A stretch of DNA of 64,000 bases from Anthoceros angustus (taxonomy: Eukaryota; Plantae; Anthocerotophyta). Made by a program: the position numbers and the translations under genes. The DNA is taken from assembly GCA_010909165.1 (NCBI GenBank), contig MU008155.1, positions 868,001 through 932,000 of the forward strand, written 5' to 3'. Shown here piece by piece: positions 50,121 through 62,835 of this stretch; positions within the stretch are counted from its first letter, which is position 1; the number at the start of each line of letters is the position of its first letter. Below the pieces are notes generated by a model that saw only the letters and a list, made by a program, of their open reading frames with translations, searched no databases and was not told the origin of the DNA.

Positions 50121-53100
50121 TGATCAAGGCTTGTACTTAAACCTAGTTAGTTAACCTCACTGCGTGGTTAAGTAAGCCATGCCTTTAGGTTACTTACAAC
50201 ACTTTATAAGACACAATTTGTATAGTATTTTACTTTACTTTTCAAATGTATTGTCTGTATAGTGTCTTCCTTATGCTCTTCACATCGCAGTCATGGTATC
50301 GAAAGAGCTTGGCTCAATCTTCCGCCTACGCACTATTGCTGGCTATGACACGTAGCTAAGATTACGTTTTATCATGACAAGCGAGACAGATTTTTCTCGC
50401 CAAAGAAATCAGACATTCATCTCCTCGAGCAGATGTCGATCTTCACTGACACCTCTTCCTCGCCTGCTCAGACACACAAGACAAGTCAAACTCGTACAGA
50501 ATGATGAGTCCCTGCCCGCCTCGAAAAATGCCTCGAGGAACGGAGGCGCTTTTGGTCACCTGCCTCCTTCACGCTCCCTCCAAGGGTTCCTCTAGTGCGA
50601 GAGACCTTTTCTCAACTCCGGATTTCGTGATGAGATAGGTTCTCTGCCACTGCGCCTTCTCCCGAATAGCTTTCTAAAGTCGAGTTGAAGTGCCATCGGC
50701 TCAGGCCACGATTCTCCTCGCCTCTTCCTCATCCCAAACAGAGCACAACCTAGAAACCCCTCGTTAGAAGAGAAGACTTTAGACTAAAGGAGGGGTCTTC
50801 TCCTTCGAGAGGAGGACAAAGGATTGTTTTATCTCCTTAATCGCTATACTTCACCTTCCTACTGCCTGGATTGTGGAATCGCTGGCTCGTTTTTCTATTA
50901 TAGACACGATCCTCTCTCGTGGAAATCTCTCGCGACATTGAGACAGCAGAGAAGTTCTCACCGCTATGGTAATGAATTGTCCTTCTTAATAATTCACCAA
51001 GCCGCTACCGCACCAGCCTTCATTAGTACAGCTACAAGATTTCCTGTAGAAGCACTGCACCTTGATTCCTCTACCCACAAGTGGGAATGCATCGTCAGCC
51101 GAGCCGCAAAGTGAGACCTCCAAGGTGCAGCATTTAGTTTACATCGCCGCCTTATCGCTGCACGCACGCGTGAAGCTTGGATTCCAGCCTCTAATTTCAA
51201 GGCCCCTCGATCAAGGTGCCTCATGGGGAGGGTATCCACCAGTACGCGACATGCCTCGTTGCTCGATTCTTCGCCAAGTCTCGCACCTCTCCAAGTCTCA
51301 CCGCACATTAGGTTTGGTACACCGTTAGTTTGTCACGTCACTGTTTTTGTATACTAAACCACCGCCTGCTTAGTTGCTCGTGTTTTCATGTAGAACGCTA
51401 CAACGCTTCGCTATCTCCATGTCACCCAGCCACCTTTCCACACATACTTTCCAATTGGTTATGTCCTTTGTTTGATTCGACAAAGGATACGCACTCGGAG
51501 TCCCTTGCTCGGGTCATTCCCACGGCCCACCCATACATTACTCCCGTGGTCATGTCTCCAACTAATCTCGCTTACAACTACCTCCTCAGAGGGATCATCC
51601 TACTCGTGAGTTTAAGGAAAGATGATTTGATGGGAGAGCTCCAGATTTGAAAGTTGGAGGGTACATGAAGGCTAATTCAACGTCAAGGATGCTTGGGAAC
51701 ACGCCAATGGTTCCTCCCGGGATCCCTTCCAATGTACCTCCGGTGGAACACAACCCACGCAAGACATGAGGTTGACGACATGGAGGAAGGGCAACAAGAT
51801 TGCTTAAGCGCGATCTGGCATGTGACTCAAGAAACCACCGCTACGAGGTGGAGTTTCACGACATAGATAGCCAGGCCCAACAACTCTGTACGTACTGGGC
51901 ATGCCATTCTAACTCTCCTTGGTGGTCGTCAGAATTTGGAGTTCCATGGATCAGTGTCATTGAAGGATGGACTGTTCCTTCGTTGGAAGAGAGTCGATAA
52001 GTCCAAGACCTCGAGCCAGCCCCTTGACATCCTCAAAAGAAAGGCTTTGAGGTGATAAGAAAGGATAAGACCAGCAGCCGCCTTTCCCGCCTCTTATCAA
52101 ACCGTGTCCAACAAACACACACACCGTCATCGAATAGACTGATTACCAGAAAAGGAGGGACTCTGCACCACTAAGCCATACAGCGGACATCCAAAATCAA
52201 TAAATCACCGGATGTATCTTTCACACAAGAGCAGCATACTAAAGGTTAATAAGCAGTGCTCACTTTACCTCAGAGAAACCCCAACCATTGGTTTATCGAC
52301 TGAGCCATCGCACATGTGTGTAATAAACGCTGGATGTTTTCAGCCATCGCAAGCAATCAACGCCACAATTAGTTTTGTTGAGACTCACGTATGCTGAGGT
52401 AAAAGGTGTAGGTGCTTGACATACCTTGTTAGATGGCACCACATCGCATCTTTGACGATGTTCTTTATGTTCTGATGAGCAAAATCTTTTTTCCATTAGA
52501 GTCTGTCGGCAGCTTTGGTTTTCGCTTTGAGGATGTAAAATGCTACCAGATTATCTCACACAACCCCGACAAGCACATTGCAAAGGCCATTCTAGTTAAT
52601 GATACGTATCAACTAGTGATTTCAAAGTCCAAGCTAGAGCCTTGTTTGCAAAGATTCAACTTATAGGCTAACCTGTGGCATGCTAGATTGTCAATAGGTC
52701 CAAGTTAGATCTCATGTCAAAATCCGCCTCTATTGAGAGAAGTTACCAAGTTGTTTTAAGCATCTCCGCTTGTGCTCATTCTCGTCAAAACAAAAGAGCT
52801 CTTTAGGAACAAGGAACCTAATAGGGCTAAAGCAATTCTGGAACTGGTTCATGCTGACATAGCAGGAAAGTTACCTGTCAAGAGCTTGGGTGGTGCGGAA
52901 TACTACTTGTCGTTGACAGATGATTTTTCAAGATACACCTGGACGTATCCACTCAAACTGAAGAGTGATGTCTTTGAGCAGATCTCTATCTGGATCCAGA
53001 TGGTTCAACGACAGACTGGAAAATTGATAAAATGTTTTCGGACAGACAACGGAGGGGAGTTCATAGGTCACAAGTTTGATGACCTGTTTGAGAAGCACGG

Positions 53101-56100
53101 CATTGTTCGACAGCTCTCTGTACCATATACACAACAGCAGAATGGGGTTGCCGAAAGGAAGAACCAGACCTTAATGGGGATGACTCGCAGCATGCTTTCC
53201 TGGGCCTCCTACCCAAGTCTTACGTAGGGTAGTGGTCGCCACGCATATCTGCCACAATGTTACATCCGCCTGCTTGGTCGACAAAACTCCCTATGAAGCT
53301 TTTTGGGGTAGAAAACCCAGTTTGTCTCATCTACGTGTGTTTGGGTCTCCAGCCTATGCCTACATACCGGCCAAACGTGAAAATTAGACAATAGGGCTAA
53401 GCAACTTGTTGTGGATACTCAAGAGTCGAAGGCCTACATGTTGCCGGACCACATACCTCTAAAATCACACTGCACGAGTTGTTACATTTGACGAGCTTTG
53501 TAGTCCACGCGTAGCCTCGCCGCCCAATCCTTTACTTCATCCGCACCATACTACCTTCATCGAACTTGTTATTGACCCTCATGATTATCCACAGTCTGAT
53601 GGTGAAGCACCTACCTCGATCATGCATCGATGCGAGATAGTCTCATAGGGAACTCTGCTGGTGATGCGCCAGACACCTCTCCTCCACACGCTGTTGGTTA
53701 TGAGGGGATGCCCACCAAGGATAGGTTTCCGACTCTGCAGAGGAGGACTTTGATGACAGTTTAGGATTCTCCTCTGATCATGATGACGAGCTGCAGCTTC
53801 TATTCAAGATGACACCCAGCCGGACGACACCGAGCCTCTGCTCAACTACAGACACCGATCCTCCAAGGTATCCTACACGTGAGAGGAGGGCAAGAGAAAA
53901 CTGGTCACAGGCCCCATATCAATCTATTGATTTCAGGCATTCAGCTGCTCATGTCTTAGATTTACATGTTCCAGATGTTCGACCAGATCCTTAGACTTAC
54001 AATGAAGCTCTGAATGGGCCCGATGGTGACCATTGGCGGGCCTCTATTGACGATGAGTACAACAGTCTCGTCAAGAATAACACATGGGAACTCGCGGATC
54101 TTCCACCTGGGAGGAAACCAATTACTTGTAAATGGGTTTTCAAACGGCTAAAGGCGGATGGCACAATTTCACGATACAAGAGTCGGTTAGTGGCCAGAGG
54201 ATTTTCTCAGATACCTGGAATTGACTATGGGGATACTTTTTCCCCTGTGGTTAAACCTCCCTCTGTCCGTATTCTCCTTGCACTTGCAGCAAAACTTGAT
54301 TTGGAACTCCATCAAATGGATGTCACGCATTTCCTTCATGGTGAGTTGGAGGAGGTTCTTTACATGCCGCAACCGAGGGTTTTGTTAGAGTGGTGAAAAG
54401 GTCCAGTTACTAAAGACAATATATGGCCTTAAGCAAAGCCCTACCGGTTCAAGCGGATTATGAAGTTTCTTCGCCAAGCCGGCTTTGTCCAATCACCAGC
54501 TGACTCAAATGTGTTTTACTTAGCTGAGGATGGCTTGTTTGTGGTGCTGGCCCTTTATGTTGATGACGCAATCCTGCTTAGTAACAGCCCCACCCAGTTG
54601 GACAAGGTCAAGGCCCTTCTTCGCAGTGAGTTCGAGATGACCGACCAAGGCCCGCAGCCTGCCTTGGTATTCAAATTCGAGAGAGTCAGTGGCACGTTAT
54701 TCTTCACCAAACGGCACCTCAAAGAGATTCTTGGTTTAACTTACATGCCGCCAAGCCTGCCTCACCCCGTGTTGTGGGGAAAACTTACTCCCCGACCACC
54801 ACCCTCCACAAAGCAGAGGAGGTAGACCATATGCACCATGTTCCATATGCTGAAGCTGTTGGGTGCCTAATCTTCTTAGCCAATTGGACGCGTCCCGATA
54901 TTAGCTGCGCCATAGTGTGGTTGCCCAAACACCAGTCCGCCCACGGCCGCCGTATTTACCGTTATCTTAAGGGTACAAGCAGCTATGGCCTTCACTACAC
55001 CTCAAGTGGCAAGCGTGAGTTTGTGCTTACGGCCATGCATTTGCATCGGGCTTCGATGCCACTACTCGACGAAGCCTTTCTGCATATGTTTGCCTGCTTG
55101 CTTCAGGTGCAGTGAATTGGTCCTGCAAGAAACAGACCTCATTAGCTCTGCCTTCATCAAATACAAAGCACTCACCGATGCTTGTAAGGAGTTGGAATGG
55201 AAAGGCAGCCTCGACTCTATCTTCATGCCACAAATCCGTGAGCCACGCAATCTACTCCGTGACAAAGATCGGCAATTGCCCTTGTAGCCAATCCTAGGTT
55301 TCACGACCAACAAAGCACATAGAACTCGCATCATCATTACATTAGGGATGAATGAACGGTGTTGCCAAAGTCCATGTTGAAGACATGTATAACACCGGCA
55401 GTGCTTACCAAGGGACTGTCAACCTCCAAACATTATAAACACATGGAAGCTTTAGGGCTTAGGGAGTTTCAGCTACCTACTCCTGTTAGCTCCTAATGAA
55501 GAAACCTGCTTTAGCTGAGGACAACATGTGACCGGCGGCTTGCTACGTCTATCCTGCTGGTGATGTTCTTGTTGAGCTTTAGCTTCCTATTCTGCAGGCG
55601 GTCATAAACAGGGGAATAGCTTAGTGGATGAAGCCACCTGACAAATCTAGTCGTGGGCTACTCCCCAATTTTCCACATTCAGATACAGTCTCTACTTACT
55701 TTTCTCACACGGGAACGGATCATATGCCGCTAACCTGTGTTCGCCACCGATCGCCCCGATGAACCCAAGTAACGCTTTTTACTGTGTGCTCTCGACCTTC
55801 GATCGTTAGTGGAAACATTCGAGGGATTCTTGGTGGAGCACTTGCTCGTGTCTGGGTAGCCTCAAAACTCGCAGACCTTGCCGACTTTAGCAGCCTTTCT
55901 CAACTTCTCACACTTCCGCACTGGGCCAATCAAGGGTGATCAGTGTCCTGGGTTGGCCAATTCGCAGTATCTTCACTCAACATCTTCTTCACGGGCCCGT
56001 GCATGGGTTCCCACTGTGGGGATTCTCTCTAGGCTCCCCGTCATTGAAGCCTGCCTTGCTTGTGCGCCCATCTTGCTTTTCAGTGACGCTCCCGTGACAA

Positions 56101-56441
56101 AGGCTATGCACAGTATGGTGAAAGCGAGGGGGATACATATCTCCATCTCAGCCCGGAGCTCACGTTCTCCTGCGCCCGTACGCCTCTTTCCGAGCAATTC
56201 GAGCGCCACGAAGGCTGCTCGCGCATTACTACGCCTGCTAACCCCTGCCTCTTGCTAAGAGGGGTGTTGGGGTTTGCACTTAAACCTTAGTTAGTTAACC
56301 TCACCGGTGGTTAAGTAAGCCATGCCTTTAGGGTTACTTACAACACTTTATAAGACACACAATTTTGTATATTATTTACTTTACTTTTCAAATGTATTGT
56401 CTTGCATATGTCTTCCTTATGCTCTTCACATCGTGTCATCG
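50121..56441 (+). mobile_element. Ty1/copia element 2, full length, ~175-bp LTRs, TSD ACTGC
   Basis: LTRs 50121-50293 and 56265-~56441; ACTGC at 50116-50120 and 56442-56446; PBS TGGTATC..GAGC (iMet) at 50294; PPT AAGAGGGG at 56257-56264. Confidence 0.9.
51600..55497 (+). pseudogene. Gag-pol of copia 2, frameshifted
   Basis: WFID..SHMC (protease, 52288); LWHARL; integrase LELVHADIAG..TDDFSRYTW..RTDNGGEF..QQNGVAERKN (ORF 52772-53227, DDE intact); NNTWEL..PPGRKPITCKWVFK; LALYVDD (~54556); VPYAEAVGCLIFL..WTRPDIS; RNase H tail. Confidence 0.93.
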
Positions 56442-57512
56442 ACTGCACTAGGATTTTGATGGAAGGAGGAGGGAGCGAAGTGCAGGAACAACCGGATGAG
56501 GAAAATGGAATGGGCATCACGCTAAGCCACCAAGATCTGCTTAGAGAATGGGCATGCGTAGAAGAGGAACCGCGAGAGCCGTAAGAGGGATTTAGTCACC
56601 CGCACTGCAGAGCGAATGGGCATGCTTATGAAGTCAAGGATTGTTATCTCGTGAAAAGTGCTCAAATTCTCCAAAGCAAACAGCGGCTGTTTGAGGGGGT
56701 ATGAAACATTATGAATTCATCGATGTCTTTGCCTTCGATGTGACCGACATAAAGGGTATACCCAAGGAGTGGGGAGAGCATAAGATCGACCTGGAACCGG
56801 GAGCAATTTCGGTAAGGATTCCATGGGTAGCTCCAATCGTTGTGGTGCCTAAGAGACAACCAGCTAAGATTCGGGTTTGTCAGGATTGGCGAAGGTTGGA
56901 TGAAGTCACCAAGAAGGCCTCTGCTGTCTTCACGACAACATTTTAGATCCGTCGCAGTGTGATGGCTTATTCCTTCCGGGATAGGTGTACTTCCATGCTA
57001 CAACCAAATGTGATCTCGTGGAGAGGATCGTCACGATGCCTTTACAACGGAGAGGGTGGAACGAGACCAGGAGGATGACTTTCCCAATGAGACCCTGTTT
57101 GCAGCAGAAGTGGAGGGCGAGAGGGCCAAACCCAATTCGAAGAGGGGTAAGGGAGACGAGATGGCCTCGAATGATAAGGGGAGAAAGAGTTTCACCTAAA
57201 CCGACGACCGGAAATTTATAAGCATTCTGCACTGCCAAATTCTCGTGACCTCTTAAGGAGCAAAGTATAGTGATGCTCGCCCATTACCGCGAACGTTCGT
57301 AAGACACAAGACCAAGTTATATCGAATTGGACCAAACAAGAAAAACTAAGCAGGGTGACCACCGAGTGATGCATGGAACCTGCTGTCAGGTCCCGGGAGT
57401 TTTTAAAATGGTTCCATCCACCGCAGATTGAATGGTTGACTTGCCAACCGCAGAGTTGGTCATGAAGAAAAGACATTATCATTGGCGAGGACGCCAACAA
57501 ATGAGAAGGGAG

Positions 57513-57899
57513 TGGAAGACCATACGTACACTAACCTCCCCCGGATCGTTGGTTTGAATGTTCTTTTGTTTTTCTTATGTTTTGTGTGATGGAGCTTGGA
57601 AATGTCCGAGGCAAGGCCTTTTATAGTAAAAGTGGTCTCGGCCCATGACAATATTACTTTTAGTCCTTGACTCGAACTGAATATCGTTGTGCTAGAAGGT
57701 CCTCGGACCTTGGGATTTTTAGGAATAAAATTGTCTATATAAGGTGGGATCCTTCATTTATTAGCAATGTGGCATGTGGAAGTGGGAGGTGGCTAGTTCC
57801 ACAAAGGGCCGAATATGGAACGATGTATACAGGTGCTGTGGGGAGATAACAACCCTAGTTGCGGAGCCGGGGTTGACAGTGAGCTGAGCACTAGCAGAG
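57513..57899 (+). repeat. Family A 3' LTR, truncated
   Basis: Follows the PPT; matches 7766-8169 and then diverges. Confidence 0.8.
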
Positions 57900-59210
57900 A
57901 AGTCAAGCAACGGCCTGGGCTTGGTGAGGAACACCACTGGAGGGGCATCCAAGAAAACCGCATCTGGCAATTCCACAAAAGCAAGCATGACAAAATCCGG
58001 AGCTAGAAGAGAAGGCAGATCCAAAGGGCGTAAGAAAGGGCAACCGAGCTGCTGTCACACTTACACCTCGGAGGAAACCATGCTTGAGAAGACTCCACTA
58101 ATTTCATGATGAATCAGAAGGAAGGAGTGGTTTCTCAGCAGAACCGGTACCAGGATGTCCGAGCGTGGACACCGCTTTTGAAATTTTGGGCAGGATTTGA
58201 CTGCCCAAGCCTAATCAGAGAGCGAGAGCTCTGATGGGTTGTCTACGCTTAACTTGGACTTTAATCGAGACCAGTTTGAGATGTTGTCGATACAACAAAG
58301 CCACAACAATTAGATAGTCACCGGGTTCCCGATGAGTTCAAGGTTTTCACCGTGGCGCCTAATGTTCACAGAATAAGTACACCAGGTAAGGGTGACCGAT
58401 TTCGAGAGTATGAACAACCCACAAGTAAGTATTATGTGATCTGGATTTGTTTTCTACAACTCCTCCTGATCCTTTCTTGCTCTGAAGGTGTGATTCCCGA
58501 ATGTTGGCAATTGTGCAGGCTGGGAGGGCTTTTCTACAAGCAACTGTGTGGTTTCATCACGCAGTCAGTAATTGACCATCGGAGAGAGATAAGCATGCGG
58601 CGTGCGAGAGCTGCACTACCTAGAATTATGGGGAATGATGCAACAGGTAGCTCGGAGGATGAAGAACTAGGACCTGAAGACGAGCATGACAAACTCCCCG
58701 GAAGGGCGCTCCCGATGACTAAGAGGGAAAAATATGGAACTGGCTATGTCGAGGACGAAGACAAGGAAGCCGAAGACATCATTGAATTTGCTATGCCTGG
58801 AGCATCTCTGGAATTTCTATCATGTATATGACCTTCAGCTGGAGGACGCCGGCAGATGCCAGCTGGCCCTCTCCTCGCTTTTGGAGAACCCTCTGCCTCT
58901 CGCCAACCCCACATGCTTCGGGCATGTTTATGATCTGCTGAACGGTGGAGGGGACGAGGGAGGACGTTTAAGAGATGCCGCGCCCTCCTTCATCATCCTG
59001 TGGCCGCGGCCCGCACCACAATGGTTGGAGCCGTCTCACCGATGATGCCGGTAGGTGACAGGCTATTGGGGACCAAGCACTGGAAGACCGCCACAGTGGA
59101 AAATATAAGGGCAATTGGCCCGGACAAATATCGAGGCTGACATCCTTAGCCGAATGGAAGATGAAGACAGACCTTCCGGGAACGAGCTTATCATCGCGGA
59201 TGTGAACAGG

Positions 59211-61322
59211 TGTGGAATGGGTTTTTGCATCCAAAGACGCAAGGAGGCCACATTTACCCTCTATGTCGTTATAGTCCTGGGATTCGATCCCAAGGGAATT
59301 GTTTTGTGTCAAGATGTTCCAAAACTATGGATTCTAGTCCTCCTACAACCGCCTACCATGATAATCAACTACTGGTCAACCCACGACTGCAGGAAGTCTG
59401 ACCTCACACTGCAGGGTTCGCCACCGCTGCGGTGGGTTCTGCCACTGCAGGGGTTCCCGCCACCGCTGGTGGGCCCGCCACCGCTGCAGGGTTCCGCCAC
59501 CGCTGCAGGGTTCCGCCACTGCAGGGTTCCGCCACCGCGGGTTCCGCCACCGCTGCGGTGGATTCCGCCACCGCGGGTGGATTCCGCCACCGTGGTGGGA
59601 CCCACCTGCCACGCGCGACGCCCGCGATCGACTATTTGGCGCCCGGCTCCCGCCACGCCTGCTAAGGGCTATGGTCCTATGCACAGTTCACATGTACACC
59701 AAGTCACACTCATGTGGATTCACACCAGCTCACCGTGGATGCACACCATGGCCACGCACGCGACCTCACTCCGCCGCTATTTCCTCCTCGACCCCAATTT
59801 ATTCCCAACCTTCCTCGCTCCGCTTTTCCACTCCGCCACCACTTCCTAGACTCCTCTTCACACAACGACTCACTCACCCCTTTCTTCTAGGACCTCACAC
59901 CACCGCACAAGATGTTCCCACAGCATCCTCCTCTCAGCCACATGCACTCCTTGGGCCACATGCACTCCCCCTTGTGCCACACACAGACCTCCCTCTTGGG
60001 CCACATGACCCTCCCACACACAGACCCCTTCCTTGGGATTAGACACAACTGTTAGCTGGGTTGGGAAAGGAAAACAAATGGGTCGGCTCCATGGCGATTC
60101 GACACCCGCGATCTCACCCGGCCCCCGCGGAATTTCCTCTCCCGGCATGCATTGAGCACCCTTCACCACTAGTCACCCTGCACACGGAGCTTGGTCACTC
60201 CTCTCGACCATCCAGGATCTCCCGCCCTCTTGTGACGAGGACAGACACGAATCAGCCCATCATCGATCGGATGTCTCCAACCAACCACGCACAAATTCGA
60301 CACACGGAGCTCACACCGAAATTGTCCAAGAGAGACACTAAGGGTCTCTTATACATCCGCCGCCAAGGCCATAGCTCACTTTCCCAAAGGTCTAAAGATG
60401 GCTAACCTACCTCCAAAGTGTCTAAAGATGGCTAACTTACCACAAGCCTACCAATTCGTATCTACAAATTCACAAGCTTCCTAGCACCTTATCCTCTAAT
60501 CCAAGTGAAAGCCCGACCTATGATGCCTCCTCTAAAATCAGCGCCTGTGGCCGCCTAGCCTCGCCCATGGGTGTTCCCTCGCCTCCTACCACGCCCGATC
60601 CGAAAGATCCTCCCTTAATATCTCCACCTCACTCCCGCTTATCCGAGGTCCCTTCACTCCTCCTAGGAGGCGCCGTCTGCCCATCGCCTACGCACGCTCG
60701 CCTTATCATCGGACAGCCCAAATATGCTCCTCCATGCTCTAGCCTCCGCCTTTGCTCATTTCCTCGAGCACAACCTGTGAAGGGTATGCCCGGCCCCTGG
60801 ACAATCCTGGCCGGGCCGCCTCGAACTGAGGGAGTTGCATCCTCCTACGCTGGCCCGACGGTGGCTTCCCCACCTTGGGTCCTTCTTCCGCGCCTGGCCG
60901 CTTTCAGCCCACCCAAGTGGCCGACGCTTCCGCCTTCCTTCTTCACCGGCCTCGCCTCTCCTTGACCCCGGCCCTAGCCTCACCTCTCTCCCGCTTATAC
61001 CTCTCCGCTAGCTTGAACTTCTCCAGGTGCTGCCCACTTGTTCCCGGCCCCTGTCGAATGAAGGATCCCCACCTTATATAGACAATTTTTATTCCTAAAA
61101 TCCCAAGGTCCAAGGACCTTCTAGCCGGCCTCGATATTCACTTCGAGGCCCAAGGACTAATTATTTGTAAAAGTAATATTGTCATGGGCCAAGGACCACT
61201 TTTAGTATAAAAGGCCTTGCCTGACATTTCCTAAGCACTCCATCACACAAAACATAAGAAAAACAAAAAACATTCAAACCAATAGTCCAGTGGAGGGTTA
61301 GTGTACATGTGGTCTTCCAACA
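59211..61322 (-). repeat. Solo-like family A LTR (~2.1 kb)
   Basis: The minus strand starts TGTTGGAAGACC (61322) and ends CCCATTCCACA (59211), i.e. TGT(T)GGAA/TTCCACA inverted termini. No PBS or PPT in the flanks; a TSD is not evident (ACAGG vs CTGTG). Confidence 0.8.
59405..59600. repeat. ~19-21 bp GC-rich tandem repeat (GGGTTCCGCCACCGCTGCA) inside LTR A
   Basis: About 9 degenerate units. A related array (GGAACTCACCACGGCGGTGG) lies at 48120-48400 in the diverged LTR copy. Confidence 0.85.
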
Positions 61323-62501
61323 CTGTGGAAAGAGGAAAGGAAATAGAAGCAGATGCCTAAACAGGAGTCAACTCCCTTGAGCAAGATGGTTCACTGGAAC
61401 CAACAAAAGTAAAATGAGTTTTAGCACCGCCAATGAAGATGACATAAAGCTCATCTTCAACAGATGAGAGAGGCCGCATCTTCTTTCACGAGGAGGACTA
61501 TCTAACTACATTCTGATCTGCCTTACTGCGCTCAAACCTTTAGAAGCAATCTGCCCCGCTTCACCTCACCCGTAGATGCATGTATAACGGTGGATGAGGC
61601 ATGGTCCAATTACTTGGCCCGCTATTGGAAAGGGACGAGGGAAGAGGGCGATGTCTCGTGATGATTGACCCAAAGGAGTGTGATGATCCGAAGACTTGAC
61701 CGGAAGAAATTGCGTAAGAAGTATGTAATGGGCGCTTTGGGAGGCAATCACACATTTGCCGCTATGCAACATCTCGGGTGACATTTCCTGTGGAAAGAGC
61801 GATTCAAGTGGATAGAGGCTCATGTATATTGTGGGCTTACTTTACAAGAGATGAGGGTACCGCAATGATCACAACACAATGCCTGGACAACTTAAGATGT
61901 CTTTCATTGAGCAAGTTAGATACCTAAGGGATGAACGCTCATTGCAAGATAGATGCATGTCAATGACTTGGAAGTTCAACTTATACAAGGTTCCCCGATC
62001 AAGACGATGAGGGACGAAGATGATGCATACAAATGTAACAAAGTCGATAATGTAACGCACATCTTGTGCATAGCGGTTGGAAGGGAAAGTCCGGACCAAT
62101 GTTGACAAGATCTTCTCAAGTGGGAGGCTTGTGAATTGCCCGAGCAAAAAAACATGTGGCGGCCGGTATGAGCAAGAAAAGCAAAGGGAAGCGCAAAGGC
62201 ATCAAGACATGAAGTGTAAAGAAGGGTGTTTGTGAAACCAAAGGAGATGCATTAAGCCCCGGGCGTTGCTTTCAAGGCATTCCAACAAAGGAAAGCGAAA
62301 AGAAATGCTCATCAAAAAAAAGTGTCACCGTCTCATCGATTTGAAGGGAATGTCGATGAGATTATTTTATGAAAAAGTTGCATATCATCTGTGTGGCAAT
62401 GGCCAAGCACCTTGGGTGTTCATCTTCGAGATGGTGAGACAGAGTATCCTCAAGACTCCACCGACGGTTGTCGCTAGATTCCAAACGCGCTTGAGGGCAA
62501 G

Positions 62502-62835
62502 GTAAATTCAATTTTTGAAGTGATTTGAACCATGTGTTTGACAGGGGCGGCTGACGGGCGCCTCTTGTCGGCGCCCACCGCTGTTCTTTAGCCGGGCGCC
62601 GCATGCCGGGCGCCCGCCCCAAGAGGCTTGAGGGGCGCAGATGCCGACGGCCCCAAGAGGCGGCGGGCGCAGATGCCCGCCCTTTGGCCCAGCATGTGGC
62701 CGGGAGGGCGCGTGATGCCGGGCCCTCCATCCTCTCTCCATCCATAAGGCCGGAAGGCCAAGGCCGGCATCTTCCGATTCAAGTATGAAGGCCGCGCCTA
62801 ATGCTATTGGTTTCCCTTCATGCTCGCAAAGAATG
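62502..62835 (+). other. Probable intron of the ParB-MTase gene containing degenerate GGCGCCGGCATGCCGGCGCC units
   Basis: Donor AAG|GTAAAT at 62502; GC-rich units at 62545-62770 (e.g. GGGCGCCGCATGCCGGGCGCCC); AT-richer coding-like sequence resumes at ~62840. The acceptor is uncertain. Confidence 0.55.

Larger units (their letters stand above)
48618..57512 (+). mobile_element. Internal region of a family A gypsy element (gag-like 48900-50110, strongly deleted pol 56447-57480, PPT), split by copia 2
   Basis: EFIDVFAFDVTDIKGIPKEWGEHKIDLEPG and WVAPIVVVPK..IRVCQDWRRLDEVTKK (RT N-terminus). No YxDD found; PPT ATGAGAAGGGAG at 57501-57512. Confidence 0.7.

Noticed and set aside
7350-61322. One giant element bounded by inverted terminal repeats (DIRS- or TIR-like)
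   Set aside because: The repeats are family A LTR copies (one follows a PPT at 57513; the minus copy has both of its own termini), there is no shared TSD, and no tyrosine recombinase was seen.
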